Below, piece after piece: positions 39,487-49,768 of a DNA stretch of 64,000 nt. Positions within the stretch are counted from its first letter, which is position 1; each line of letters begins with the position of its first letter. The notes under the pieces are model-generated. The model ran no database searches. It was not told the origin of the DNA and was given only the letters and a program-made list of their open reading frames with translations. A program made the position numbers and the translations under genes. This DNA comes from an uncultured Actinomycetes bacterium (GTDB lineage: Bacteria; Actinomycetota; Thermoleophilia; RBG-16-64-13): assembly GCA_963706025.1 (NCBI GenBank), contig CAVPLM010000003.1:1-64000 (forward strand), written 5' to 3'.

Positions 39487-41945
39487 ATGGCTCAGCACCC
39501 TCCCACTCAGGACCACGTCTTCTTCGCCACCTGCCCGCGAAACACGGAGGGGTTGCTGCTCGATGAACTGCGAGCGCTCGGAGCGATCAGCGCTGTGGAG
39601 ACACGGGCCGGGGTCATCGTTCACCGGGCCGCTCGCACTGGCCTATCGCGCCTGCCTATGGTCCCGGATCGCAAGCCGGGTGCTCATGCGGATGGTCTCC
39701 TTTCCCGCCTCCAGTGCGGACGACCTCTACGAAGGGATCTCGGTGGTCCCTTGGGAGGATCACCTCGACCCCCGAGGGACGCTGGCAGTCGAAGTCACCT
39801 CCACCATCCGGCAGGGACCGCTCGCCCAGCTCAACACCCACTTCGCCGAGCAGCGCGTCAAGGACGCCGTGGTCGACCGTTTCCGCGCAAAGACCGGGAC
39901 GCGACCGGGAGTGGACCTGGCTCGGCCTGACGTCCGCATCAATCTCCACCTGACCCCGGCTGAGACCATCGTCAGTCTCGACCTGTCAGGAGACGGACTC
40001 CATAGGCGCGGCTACCGCATGGGGACCGGTGAAGCCCCCCTCAAGGAGAACCTCGCTGCCGCCGTCCTGATGCGAGCCGGGTGGCCGCGCATCGCCGCCG
40101 GCGGCGGGTCGTTGCTCGACCCCCTGTGCGGCTCGGGCACGCTGCTCATCGAGGGGGCGCTGCTGGCCGGTGACGCGGCCCCCGGTCTGCGGCGTGACTA
40201 CTTCGGTTTCCTGGGATGGAAAGCATTCGATCCCCGGAGCTGGCGGGACCTCCTCGAGGAGGCTGAAGAGCGCCGGGAGCTGGGCCTCCAGCGCCTGCCG
40301 GCCTTCCTGGGTTTCGACCACGACACGAGGGCGATCGGCGCCGCCCGCGCGAACGCCCGTAGGGCCGGACTCGCCGGCCGTGTCATGTTCGAGCGTCGTG
40401 AACTCGCCGCGCTGACCGTCCCTCACCGAGAAGACACGTCGCCCACATCCCTGTCCTTGTCGCCGGCACCCCCGGGCCTGGTGATCGCCAACCCCCCCTA
40501 CGGCAAGCGACTCGGTGATGTGCCGGAACTCGTAGAGCTCTACGAGACGCTGGGGGAGAGGTTGAAGACCTCATTCTCCGGATGGGAGGCGGCCGTCTTC
40601 ACGGGGAACCCGGAGTTGGGTGCCCATCTCGGTCTTCGCGCTCACCGCACCAACGTCTTGTACAACGGCCCGCTCCCCTGCCGCGTGCTGCTGTTTCACA
40701 TCGATCCCGCGGGTTACCAGGTTCCCGTCCGCAGCCGACGCGGTTCACACGCCGCCACGGATCCCAGCGGACCCGAGACTCCTGCCGGAGGTGACACCGG
40801 GCACGGCCCCGCGACCGTCGCCGCGGAGGAGTCGCGAAGGCTTGTATCACGCAGCCGCAGCGGCGATACCTCCGGTGCCGTCATGTTCGCGAACCGCCTC
40901 CGCAAGAACCTGAAACACCTCAGACGCTGGGCGGTCCGAGAGAACATCCACTGCTATCGTCTCTACGACGCCGACCTGCCCGAGTATGCAGTCGCCATCG
41001 ACCTGTATCACGATCAGGCCCACGTGCAGGAGTACGCTCCCCCAGACACCGTCGATCCTGTCCGCGCTCGCCGCCGGCTCCGGGACATCATGGCCGTCGT
41101 TCCCGAAGTGCTGGAGATACCACCTGATCACGTGGTCCTCAAGACCCGCCGGCCCCAGCGGGGAGCCGATCAGTATCAGAAGCTGGGTGACGAAGGCAGC
41201 CTCCTAGAGGTAGAGGAGGGTGGCCTTCGCTTCCTGGTCAACCTCACCGATTACCTCGATACCGGCCTGTTTCTCGATCACCGGCTCACCCGGAAGCTGA
41301 TCCGCGACCTGGCTCCCGGCCGGCGCTTTCTCAATCTCTTCGCCTACACCGGTTCCGCCAGCGTCTACGCAGCCGCCGGTGGAGCAGCCTCCACTACCAC
41401 CGTCGATCTCTCGATCACCTACCTGGACTGGGCCCGCCGCAATCTGGATATCAACGGTTTCTCGGGACCCGAACACGGCTTCGTCCGGGCGGACTGCCTG
41501 GAGTGGCTGGCGCAGGCGGGCGCGGCCCGCCGGCCCGGCGCCGGCCCGCCCGGCGCCGGCCCCTACGACCTTATATTCCTCGACTCCCCCACCTTCTCGA
41601 ACTCCAAGAGCATGAACGCCACCTTAGACGTCCAGCGCGACCACCCCTGGCTCATCAGAAGCCGCCGCGGGCCTCCTCTCGCCGGACGGTATCCTGCTGT
41701 TCTCCACCAATTACCGCCACTTCAAGCTGGATCCAGGGGTGGCTGAAGAATATGAGGTGACCGACATCACCAAAAAGACGATCCCGCCTGATTTTGCCCG
41801 GAATCCCCGCATCCACGTCTGTCTCGACATCGCCCTGGCTACGTCTCGGCGCTCGGATCCGGCAGCCCGGACAGCGACCGGGTCCCGTACCGGGCCGGCC
41901 ACCGGGCAGACCATCAAGCCGGCCGGAGGTCGCGGTGCCGGCTGA
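39487..41945 (+). CDS. rlmKL: bifunctional 23S rRNA methyltransferase RlmKL; frameshifts near 39620 and 41665
   Basis: LWSRIASRV, LHRRGYR, APLKENLAAA, NPPYG, DYLDTGLFLDHR, FLNLFAYTG; tail TIPPDFARN in another frame. Confidence 0.93.
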
Positions 41946-43715
41946 CCCGGTCCGTTTCCCGTCCAACACCGAACTGGCTCACGTATTCCAGACTATCGCC
42001 GACTATCTGGCGTTGGATGGGCAGTCCACCTATCGCATCCTGGCCTATGAGAAAGCGGCGACCCTCTTTCGCGACCACCCCGTCCGGGTAGCAGAGATGG
42101 CCGTTCGGGGGGAGCTACGCGAGCTACCCGGCGTGGGCCAGGCGATCGAGGCCAAGGTGCTCGAATACACCGCCACCGGCGACATCGCGTTCTTGCAGGG
42201 ACTGAGGGAACGCTATCCGGAGGGCCTGCTGGAGGTCATGCGCCTGCCGGGCATGGGCCCCAAGAAGACCCGTCTCGTGTGGGAGCTCGCGGGTGTGGGA
42301 GACCTCAGGGACTTGGAGCGGGCCTGCCGCGAAGGACGGATCAGCGGCCTACCAGGCATGGGGGAGAAGACCGAGGCCAAGCTGCTGCGTGCCCTGGAGG
42401 TCTGGACCGCTCGGGCCGCGGGAGGGGCCGAGCCCCGCCGCCTGCGCGCCGTGGTAGAGCCGCAAGCAAGCCGCTTGGTTGACGCGCTGCGCATGTTGCC
42501 GGCCGTCGTCGCCGCCGACTACGCCGGCAGCCTTGCGCCGTCTCCGCGCCACCGTGCGCGACATCGACCTGGTGGTCGCCTCGACCCAACCCGCGGCAGT
42601 GATGGACCACTTCAGCTACTCTGGCCGAACTTGAACAGATCGACGAGCGCGGCGAGACCAAGTTGACCGCCAAGACCCACACCGGTTTGGGTGTCGATCT
42701 CCGGATCGTCCCTCCGGAGTCCTACGGCGATCTTCTGCAACACCTGACCGGCAGCGCCGAGCACAACGTCGCTCTCCGCGGCCACGCTCAGCGCCGAGGA
42801 TACAAGATCAGCGAGTACAACGTGGAGCACCTCGAGTCAGGCCGGCTCATCACCTGCGCCACCGAAGCCGAGGTCTACGGATTGGTGGGCTTGAGCTACA
42901 TCCAGCCCGAACTACGGGAGAACCAGGGGGAGATCGAAGCGGCCGAAAAGGGAGCGCTCCCGGACCTGATTGAGCTCCCGGACCTGCGGGGCGACCTGCA
43001 CGTCCACTCCGACTGGACCGACGGCCGCGCCAGCCTGGAGCAGATGGCTCTGGCCGCCAGGGCGAGGGGCTTGGACTACCTCTGCTTCTGCGACCACTCC
43101 CAGTCCTTGGCCATGACCGGAGGTCTGGGGCCGGAGCGTCTGCTGGCCCAGGGCGAGGTTATCCGAGCCCTCGACGCCCGTCTGGATGGGATCGTTCTCC
43201 TGACCGGCATCGAGGTAGACATCCTAGCCGACGGCCGCCTGGACCTGCCCGATGAGGCCCTGGCCCGGCTGGACTTCGTGACTGCCAGCATCCATTCCGG
43301 GTTCGGCCAGCCGCAGGCGCAGATCATGCAGCGGCTCTTGGGCGCCATGCACAACCCTCATGTGCACTCGATCGCCCACCCGAGCGGCCGCCTTCTGGGG
43401 CGTCGCGACCCCTACCAAGTGGACATAGAGACACTGGCTCGAGCGGCGGCCGAGACCGGCACGCTCCTTGAGATCAACGGTTCCCCCGACCGCCTGGACC
43501 TGACCGCCTTCGCGGCCCGCCGGGCGGCGGCTCTGGGCGCCAAGATGGTCATCTGCAGTGACGCCCACAGCACGAGTGATTTCGACAACCTGGAACGGGC
43601 GGTGGCGGAGGCGCGGCGCGGCTGGCTCACTGCCGCCGACGTGGTCAACACCCGGCTCTGGGATGACGTAAGGTCCTATCCGACCCGATCGACGGAGGGC
43701 CCACGCCGGCCGTGA
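41935..43715 (+). CDS. polX: DNA polymerase X / PHP; frameshifts near 42540 and 42620
   Basis: HhH motifs LPGVG and LPGMGPK, YAGSL(RR), RDID, VDLR, TGS.EHN, PELRE; PHP motifs DLHVHSDW and SDAH. Confidence 0.92.
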
Positions 43716-43754
43716 TCCGCGGCCTCTAGGCCCCGCGGCCGCTCATGGGACGAG

Positions 43755-44006
43755 TCAGCGCCGTCCCGAAGTGGCCCATCGCCCGCACTCGTCGTGGGAT
43801 TCCTCTCCGGCTACGATCGCTTCCAGGAGCCGTGCCAGCCCGCTTTCGGGCAAGGTGACCACCCAGCAGCCACAGAGCGCCTGCGCCAGTTGGTCGAGAC
43901 GCCTCTCATCGGGGCGGATAGCTGCCGCCATGCAATCGGCCGGCAGCGCGATCGACGCGCCGCAGCCGGGGCATTTCCAGGTCTCAGGAGCACCCGTGGC
44001 CGTCAA
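43755..44006 (-). CDS. small Cys-containing hypothetical protein (5' end probably frameshifted)
   Basis: WKCPGCG; fills the gap downstream of the beta-propeller gene. Confidence 0.35.
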   Translation of the reverse strand: MTATGAPETWKCPGCGASIALPADCMAAAIRPDERRLDQLAQALCGCWVVTLPESGLARLLEAIVAGEESHDECGRWATSGRR

Positions 44007-44134
44007 AGATCAGAACCCTTCCGCACTAGGGGGGAACAAGGAACCGCTACCACGAGTATCGGCGGGGAGCAGCCGTCTCATGAGCGGCTGGGGTGCACCG
44101 GCGCCCGCGACTGAGACGCCTGGCCGATCCAAGG

Positions 44135-45898
44135 CTAACTGCCGCCGAAACAGTAGAAATAGCCGTCCCGGCTACCCAAATAGATCTTGCCCTTCCACAC
44201 AGCGGGCGTGGACTCGAGGGCGCTGCCGGAGGGCACCTTGTACTCCCAGACCACCGGCGGATCGATGCGGGTGTCGCTCACATCCCACGCGTGGAGCACG
44301 CCGTAGGTATCGCCTACGATGAGGGTCTTGTCGACCACCACACAGCTGGCCCACGTGTGCTCGGCGATGGTCTTCCTCCAGACGATCTCGCCGGTCTGCC
44401 GGTCGATGCCTAGAAGCGCGCCACCATGGGTGGGGATGTAGAGCATGCCTTTGTAGATACAGGGTGTGGCCCAGATGCCGTACTCACCTCCCGACACCTT
44501 GGTGATCGCCTGCGACCACACCAGCGGGGTCTGGCCTTCCCCGGTCTTGCGAGGATCGAGCTTGAAGATCTGGCCCACCTGTTTGGAGCGCTCGGTGACC
44601 CCCCTCGAGCTGTCGGAATGCTGGGCGACATAAAGGAAGCCCTCTTCGTCCGCCACGATGGTGGCGTCGGTGTCGTCGCCGGTCCAGTATCTGAAGACCA
44701 CGGGATATGCGTCCTTGCCCTTGGCCGGTGCCTCGCCCTCCGCCAGTTCTTCGAGGGTGACGCTCACGTCGAGGCCGGTGACAAGACCGCCGGAATTCGA
44801 GAAATAGACCCGATCTCCCACCAGGCAGGGCGAGTTCTCCACCGACACATCCTTGCTACCGAGCTTGTCGAGCTCGCTCTGGGTCCAGCTGGGGAAGTCT
44901 AGAACGATCTCGGGATCGACGGTCACCTTGCCGGTGGAATCCTCACCGCGGTTCAGCTTGAGGATGTAGAAGTGGCTGTTCTCGCCGCCCACAAAAGCGT
45001 AATCGTTGCGGATGACTACGCTCGAGTCCCAATCGTCGTTCCAGACCCGGTTCGGCAATTCGTCGGCGTCGAGATTGAAGAGCTCTGTCGGTTTGTCGCG
45101 GTCGATGGCAATGATGCGCCACTTGTTGTCCCTACAGCCCATGTAGATAAGGGGATAGCCGTCAGGGTCGACCACCGCCGTCCCCTTGAAGATGTCGCCG
45201 CCTTTGAAGTCGGGCAGCAGCTTCTCTCCCGTCTCGGCGTCGAGGAAGTGGATCTTGTAGTCGTACGCGCCAAACACCACCCAGGTCGTACCGTCCCGCT
45301 CGAAGATGCAGGGTTGACCGGTCCAACCGGTACCGGTCCAGGTCTTCGTCACCCCCAGATTGGTGGAGGTACCGGACATGGGCCCGAACTTCCACAGGAT
45401 CTGCAGGTTCGACGGCACCGGTCCCTCGCCGTAGTAGGTGCGGGAGCCGTTGCCGCGGAACATGGTCAGTCCCTCGAACTTGGTCTGGATGGGACCATAG
45501 AAGCTACCGGGGACACGGGGGTCGCCCGGTTCGTTGGGGTCGCCCTTGCCGGGTGCGACTGTGGTATTGGGGCTGGCCTTACCGGTGGACACCGAGATGT
45601 CCACCGTACCGGACACGCCGGCCGTGCTGGACGTGGACCCGCTGCTCGAAGTGCCGGTGGTCGAGGTAGTCCCTGTATCGCCTGTGCTCGTGGACGTGCT
45701 CGTGTTGCCGCTCGTCGATGTCTCTGTGGTGGAGGTGATCCCGCCGGCGTCATCGCCACAGCCGCGGACGGCGACCACGACCAGAAGCACCACGACGACC
45801 ACAGAGGCAACGAGCGCGAGCAGGCGCAATATGGAGCGGCGGCGCCGCTGGCGGCGCCGCCGCTCGAGACTATCTCGGTTGGTCCTGCTCGCTTCCAC
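44135..45898 (-). CDS. membrane-anchored PQQ-like beta-propeller protein
   Basis: Arg-rich N-terminus, TM, Thr/Ser linker, MFRGN, repeated xTGExxW and ESTPAV..IYLGSRDG blades. Confidence 0.85.
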   Translation of the reverse strand: MEASRTNRDSLERRRRQRRRRSILRLLALVASVVVVVLLVVVAVRGCGDDAGGITSTTETSTSGNTSTSTSTGDTGTTSTTGTSSSGSTSSTAGVSGTVDISVSTGKASPNTTVAPGKGDPNEPGDPRVPGSFYGPIQTKFEGLTMFRGNGSRTYYGEGPVPSNLQILWKFGPMSGTSTNLGVTKTWTGTGWTGQPCIFERDGTTWVVFGAYDYKIHFLDAETGEKLLPDFKGGDIFKGTAVVDPDGYPLIYMGCRDNKWRIIAIDRDKPTELFNLDADELPNRVWNDDWDSSVVIRNDYAFVGGENSHFYILKLNRGEDSTGKVTVDPEIVLDFPSWTQSELDKLGSKDVSVENSPCLVGDRVYFSNSGGLVTGLDVSVTLEELAEGEAPAKGKDAYPVVFRYWTGDDTDATIVADEEGFLYVAQHSDSSRGVTERSKQVGQIFKLDPRKTGEGQTPLVWSQAITKVSGGEYGIWATPCIYKGMLYIPTHGGALLGIDRQTGEIVWRKTIAEHTWASCVVVDKTLIVGDTYGVLHAWDVSDTRIDPPVVWEYKVPSGSALESTPAVWKGKIYLGSRDGYFYCFGGS

Positions 45899-45902
45899 GA
45901 GC

Positions 45903-46412
45903 CTACTCTATCACCAGTTCCAGCAGCTCACGGCCGAACACCCCGGTGGTGTTGTCGGTGAACGCCGCCCGTCGCGGCTCCACTCGATACACGCCTATGC
46001 TCCGGGTCACCTCCGCCAGCCCCGGCCGGCGCAGCAGTTCACGCACGAAGGGAAAGCGTCTCAGGTATACCGCCAGGGCCGCGGCTTTGGCGGCCCCAGT
46101 CAGCAGCCGAGCCTCGCCCCACAGCTGAACTCCCTGGATCGCCTCCCAGTCTCGGTAGTCCTCGCTGACCGTCACTGCCACAGGCGCCGCCTTCCCGATG
46201 TGCGATCCGTGGAGGCTCGCCGGTTTGCTGAGAAACACCAGTCGGAACGAGTCGTCCATGGCATAGAAGACGCTGGCGGCGTGGGGCGCGTTCCCCGGTG
46301 TCCCCGGTGCCGCGGGGCCCACGGTGGCGATGGTCATGGTGTGATGCGCTTTCAGATAGCGCTGCACCCGGCCGCGCAGATCGTCCCCGCCGGCAGATCC
46401 GTCCCCCGGCAC
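45903..46412 (-). CDS. pyridoxamine 5'-phosphate oxidase-like split-barrel protein (YhbP/UPF0306-like)
   Basis: HHTMTIAT, PHAASVFYA, S.HG, IQGVQL.G and FTDN..FG. Confidence 0.8.
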   Translation of the reverse strand: MPGDGSAGGDDLRGRVQRYLKAHHTMTIATVGPAAPGTPGNAPHAASVFYAMDDSFRLVFLSKPASLHGSHIGKAAPVAVTVSEDYRDWEAIQGVQLWGEARLLTGAAKAAALAVYLRRFPFVRELLRRPGLAEVTRSIGVYRVEPRRAAFTDNTTGVFGRELLELVIE

Positions 46413-46415
46413 CGA

Positions 46416-47057
46416 TCACCCACTGGGCGGATCGTCTGTGCCCCGTCCCTCAGGCGGCGCGCCCGCCGGCCCACAGAACCTCCGGCCACTCGGCCAACGC
46501 TTGAACAGGTGGCACTCCACCCCGAACTGGTCGAGCATCTTGCCCACGGTCTGGTCGACGATGTCGGCGATGGTCTCCGGCTGATGATAGAAACTGGGTA
46601 CTGGGGGAAGGACCACGGCCCCGTTCTCGGTCACCGCGGCCATCAGGCGCAGATGGCCCAGATGTAGCGGGGTCTCCCGTACTACCAGCACCAGTTTGCG
46701 TCGCTCCTTCAGCACCACGTCGGCGGCACGCACCAGCAGAGTGTCGTTGTAACTGTTGCCGATGGCCGACAGGCTCTTGATGGAGCAGGGAGCCACGATC
46801 ATCCCAATCGTGAGGAAGGAGCCCGAAGAGATCGGAGCGTCGATCTCATCGTTCGCGTACACCGCGTCGGCAAGTGCTTCCACCTGCGCGCGGGTGAATC
46901 CGGTCTCGGACTCGGCCACCCGTTGGGCCGCCTCACTCATGACCAGATGGGTCTCGATGGGCGTATCCCGGAGCACTTCGAGCAGGCGGATCCCGTAGAT
47001 CGTCCCCGAGGCTCCGGAGATGCCCACGACCAGACGCCTATTCTCGCCGTTGCTCAC
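46416..47057 (-). CDS. ubiX: flavin prenyltransferase
   Basis: GISGASG, ISSGS, APCSIKSL, RAADV.LKERR, RETP and PSFY. Confidence 0.96.
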   Translation of the reverse strand: MSNGENRRLVVGISGASGTIYGIRLLEVLRDTPIETHLVMSEAAQRVAESETGFTRAQVEALADAVYANDEIDAPISSGSFLTIGMIVAPCSIKSLSAIGNSYNDTLLVRAADVVLKERRKLVLVVRETPLHLGHLRLMAAVTENGAVVLPPVPSFYHQPETIADIVDQTVGKMLDQFGVECHLFKRWPSGRRFCGPAGAPPEGRGTDDPPSG

Positions 47058-47059
47058 GA

Positions 47060-47335
47060 CTATCCTCCTGCGATGGGGGGAAGGAGCCGGATCTCGTCAC
47101 CGTCGGTCAACGGCGCAGCCAGTCCGCCGGCCTGGCGCGCATTGCGCCCGTTCACGAACACGCCCACCCACACGCTTCCGTCATCGCGGAAGATGCGGGT
47201 CTTAAGTCGAGGCAGCCGGGCGACGCAGTCGGCAAGAGCCTCGGCCACCGTCGTCCCTTCGCACTCCATCCGCGCAGGGCCATCGGCGCCGACGATTCCC
47301 ACCGGCAGTCTGATGAGCGCTTTGGCCACGACCAC
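47060..47335 (-). CDS. MoaD/ThiS family sulfur carrier
   Basis: Beta-grasp size, VFVNG, C-terminal PPIAGG. Confidence 0.9.
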   Translation of the reverse strand: MVVAKALIRLPVGIVGADGPARMECEGTTVAEALADCVARLPRLKTRIFRDDGSVWVGVFVNGRNARQAGGLAAPLTDGDEIRLLPPIAGG

Positions 47336-47338
47336 CTC

Positions 47339-47815
47339 TCACACCGGCGCCGGGAGTTTCTCGATCTTGCTCATGCGCACATCCACAGCCAAGACGTGCG
47401 GATTCTGGCAGAAAGCCACGCACTGGGGCGTTCCGTCACACAGGTCGCACTTGTAGGCGACGGCCCGGTCGGGGTGCTCGCGTATGACGTCGTAGGGGCA
47501 GGCCTCGTAGCACAAGCCGCAGTTGGTGCACTTCTCCTCGTTGACCTTCAGCACGTAGCCCACGGCCGGGTCGAGCCCGATGGCGTGCACTTCAATCGGA
47601 TGCCGCTCGATGGCATCTTCGGGACAGGCGTCGGCGCACTTTGCACAGGCGGTCTGCAGGCAGGTGTGCCCTTTGACGACGATGGTCGTCGGATTGACCT
47701 CGGCAAACAGCCGGGCGACCGAGGGACGATAGGCGCCTTCGTGCCAAGCCGAACAGGCCAACTCGCACATGTGGCAGCCGGTACACTTCTTGTTGCTGAT
47801 CATAACGTGTGGCAT
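47339..47815 (-). CDS. 4Fe-4S polyferredoxin subunit of the AOR
   Basis: CTGCHMCELAC, CLQTACAKCADACP, CTNCGLCYEACP and CDLC..CVAFC. Confidence 0.92.
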   Translation of the reverse strand: MPHVMISNKKCTGCHMCELACSAWHEGAYRPSVARLFAEVNPTTIVVKGHTCLQTACAKCADACPEDAIERHPIEVHAIGLDPAVGYVLKVNEEKCTNCGLCYEACPYDVIREHPDRAVAYKCDLCDGTPQCVAFCQNPHVLAVDVRMSKIEKLPAPV

Positions 47816-47843
47816 CGATGTCCCTTTCTGCGGCGCGCGCCGT

Positions 47844-49646
47844 CTACAGACGGACGTCCACTCCCACCTCGGCCAGCTTGGCCTCCGTGGGCACCCCGTT
47901 TTCGTCCCAGCCGCGAAGCTCATAGTACTCCTGGAGGGCGTCGACAAAAGCCTGCTCGCCGACAGCCTTGCCGGCCGACGGCCCCTCCGCGAACGCGAAC
48001 TCGGGCGCATAGAGCTTCCGGGGCAAGGTGTCGGCCTCCACGCCCTCGCGCAGATTGAACAGACGTCCCAAGTTCCAGATGCGCTCGCCCGTGAGCATGA
48101 TCTCGTCCTCGGTGAAGTCCCGTTTCCAGACATGCTTGAGCATCTGGCACAACTGGTCGGGATTGACCGCCCAGAAGTCGCACCATATGCCGCTGAACTT
48201 GATGGAGCTGAAGTTCTGCCCAATGAAGCCGTTGTCCACATTGCCTTTGATTATCTGCTCGGCCTTGCCTTCGAGACTGTCCGGCGGGCGAGTGCCTTCG
48301 ACCACCTCGTCGGCGATGGGATAGGACCTCATGTGGCAGCCACCCCGGTCGGAAGTGGCATAGTTGACGCTCATGCCAAAGGCTCCCCTGGGGTCATAGC
48401 CGGGCAGTTCGAGATTCTTGACCTCCATGGCCATCTCGGGCACGCCGTATTTGGCGGCCAGAGCCCGGGCCCCCAGGGCAAGTTCGGCACCTGCGCCCTC
48501 GCGCTTCGCGATCAGGCCCGGCGCTACCAGGTAACCCTCCGCTTCCCCGAAGCGAAGACCAAAATCGGCGACGCCCTTCTCGGTCATGTCCATGGCCAGG
48601 CCCACGACGGACCCCGACGAGATGGTGTCGAGGCCCCACTCGTCACACTCGTGGTTGAAGCGCATCAGCGCCTCGATATCGCCCACACCGCAATTCGCCC
48701 CACAAAGGGCGATGGTCTCGTACTCCGGTCCCTCGGTCTTCAGCCCACCGGCCTCGTGCACCTGGCGGCAGCCGAGAGCGCATTGGTAGCAGGCCCGGTT
48801 GGCCACTTTGACCTTCAACATAGCCTCCGAATTGATGCCTTCCACGCCTTCGAAGGTCCCTTGAGACCAGTTGCGGGTGGGAAGCACTCCGGCGCCGTTC
48901 ATCGGATCCACCAGGATGGGGGTCCCTTCCTCGTTCGCCCAGAGGTTGAAATCGGTGAGGACGTGCTCCTTGTGGATGCGGGCGATGTCGGCCAGGAACG
49001 CCCGGGCGTCGCCCACCGCGACCGAGCCGGTGCCCCGGATGGCGACGGCCTTGAGGTTCTTGGAGCCGAAGAGGGCGCCGTGCCCGCCGCGGCCGGCCTT
49101 GTGATACTGGTCGGTGCTCAAGCACGCCCAAGGTATGAGGTTCTCTCCGGCCGGCCCGATGGAAAGCACCTTGGCGTCCTTGTCGAGATCGGCGCGCAGT
49201 GCCGCTTCGATCGCGGAGGTCTTCAGACCCCAATACTTCCGCTCGGCCGGGATCAACTTGATCTTGTCGTCCTTGATCCACAGCACGACAGGCTCCGGGG
49301 CCTTGCCGGTGATGATGATCAGATCGTAGCCGGCGAACTTCATCTCCGGAGCGAACGAACCCCCAACATAGCTGTCGTCCAGGATGCCGGTGATGGGGCT
49401 CTTGGCTCCCACCACCAGCCGCGACGCTGTGCTCACGTTGGTCCCGGCGAAGGGTCCGGTTACGAGAAAGACCGGGTTCTCCGGCGACCAGGGATCGACC
49501 TTGGGTGGCACGTATTCCCACATGTAGCGCAGCAAGAGGCCTTTCCCACCGACGTAGCGCTCGGCCCACTCCATGTTGAGAGGCTCGACCGCGCTCATTC
49601 CGGTGCCCAGATCGATCCGCAGCACCTTTCCTTGATAGAAGTCCAA
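47844..49646 (-). CDS. aor: tungsten-type aldehyde:ferredoxin oxidoreductase
   Basis: KSPITG, AGRGGHGA..GSKNLKA, CYQCALGC, GPEYET, DEWGLDTIS, DRGGCH and YYELRGWD. Confidence 0.94.
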   Translation of the reverse strand: MDFYQGKVLRIDLGTGMSAVEPLNMEWAERYVGGKGLLLRYMWEYVPPKVDPWSPENPVFLVTGPFAGTNVSTASRLVVGAKSPITGILDDSYVGGSFAPEMKFAGYDLIIITGKAPEPVVLWIKDDKIKLIPAERKYWGLKTSAIEAALRADLDKDAKVLSIGPAGENLIPWACLSTDQYHKAGRGGHGALFGSKNLKAVAIRGTGSVAVGDARAFLADIARIHKEHVLTDFNLWANEEGTPILVDPMNGAGVLPTRNWSQGTFEGVEGINSEAMLKVKVANRACYQCALGCRQVHEAGGLKTEGPEYETIALCGANCGVGDIEALMRFNHECDEWGLDTISSGSVVGLAMDMTEKGVADFGLRFGEAEGYLVAPGLIAKREGAGAELALGARALAAKYGVPEMAMEVKNLELPGYDPRGAFGMSVNYATSDRGGCHMRSYPIADEVVEGTRPPDSLEGKAEQIIKGNVDNGFIGQNFSSIKFSGIWCDFWAVNPDQLCQMLKHVWKRDFTEDEIMLTGERIWNLGRLFNLREGVEADTLPRKLYAPEFAFAEGPSAGKAVGEQAFVDALQEYYELRGWDENGVPTEAKLAEVGVDVRL

Positions 49647-49716
49647 AGCAGCCCCCTTGATGACGGGATAGACTCAGCGCGGCAGCCGCTCGCGGCTCGT
49701 CCCCGCACGCACCACC

Positions 49717-49745
49717 ATTGTAGACAAGGGCCGCAGACCCGACAA
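49717..49745 (-). promoter_or_regulatory. probable sigma-70 promoter of the AOR operon
   Basis: TTGTCG-N17-TACAAT on the minus strand. Confidence 0.55.
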
Positions 49746-49768
49746 CAGACGCTTCTTCACGGCGCGGG

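Noticed and set aside
47329-47341. In-frame TGA between polyferredoxin and moaD, suggesting selenocysteine or readthrough
   Set aside because: It is not at a Cys position, both domains are complete, and GAGGTGG provides an RBS for a separate moaD start.
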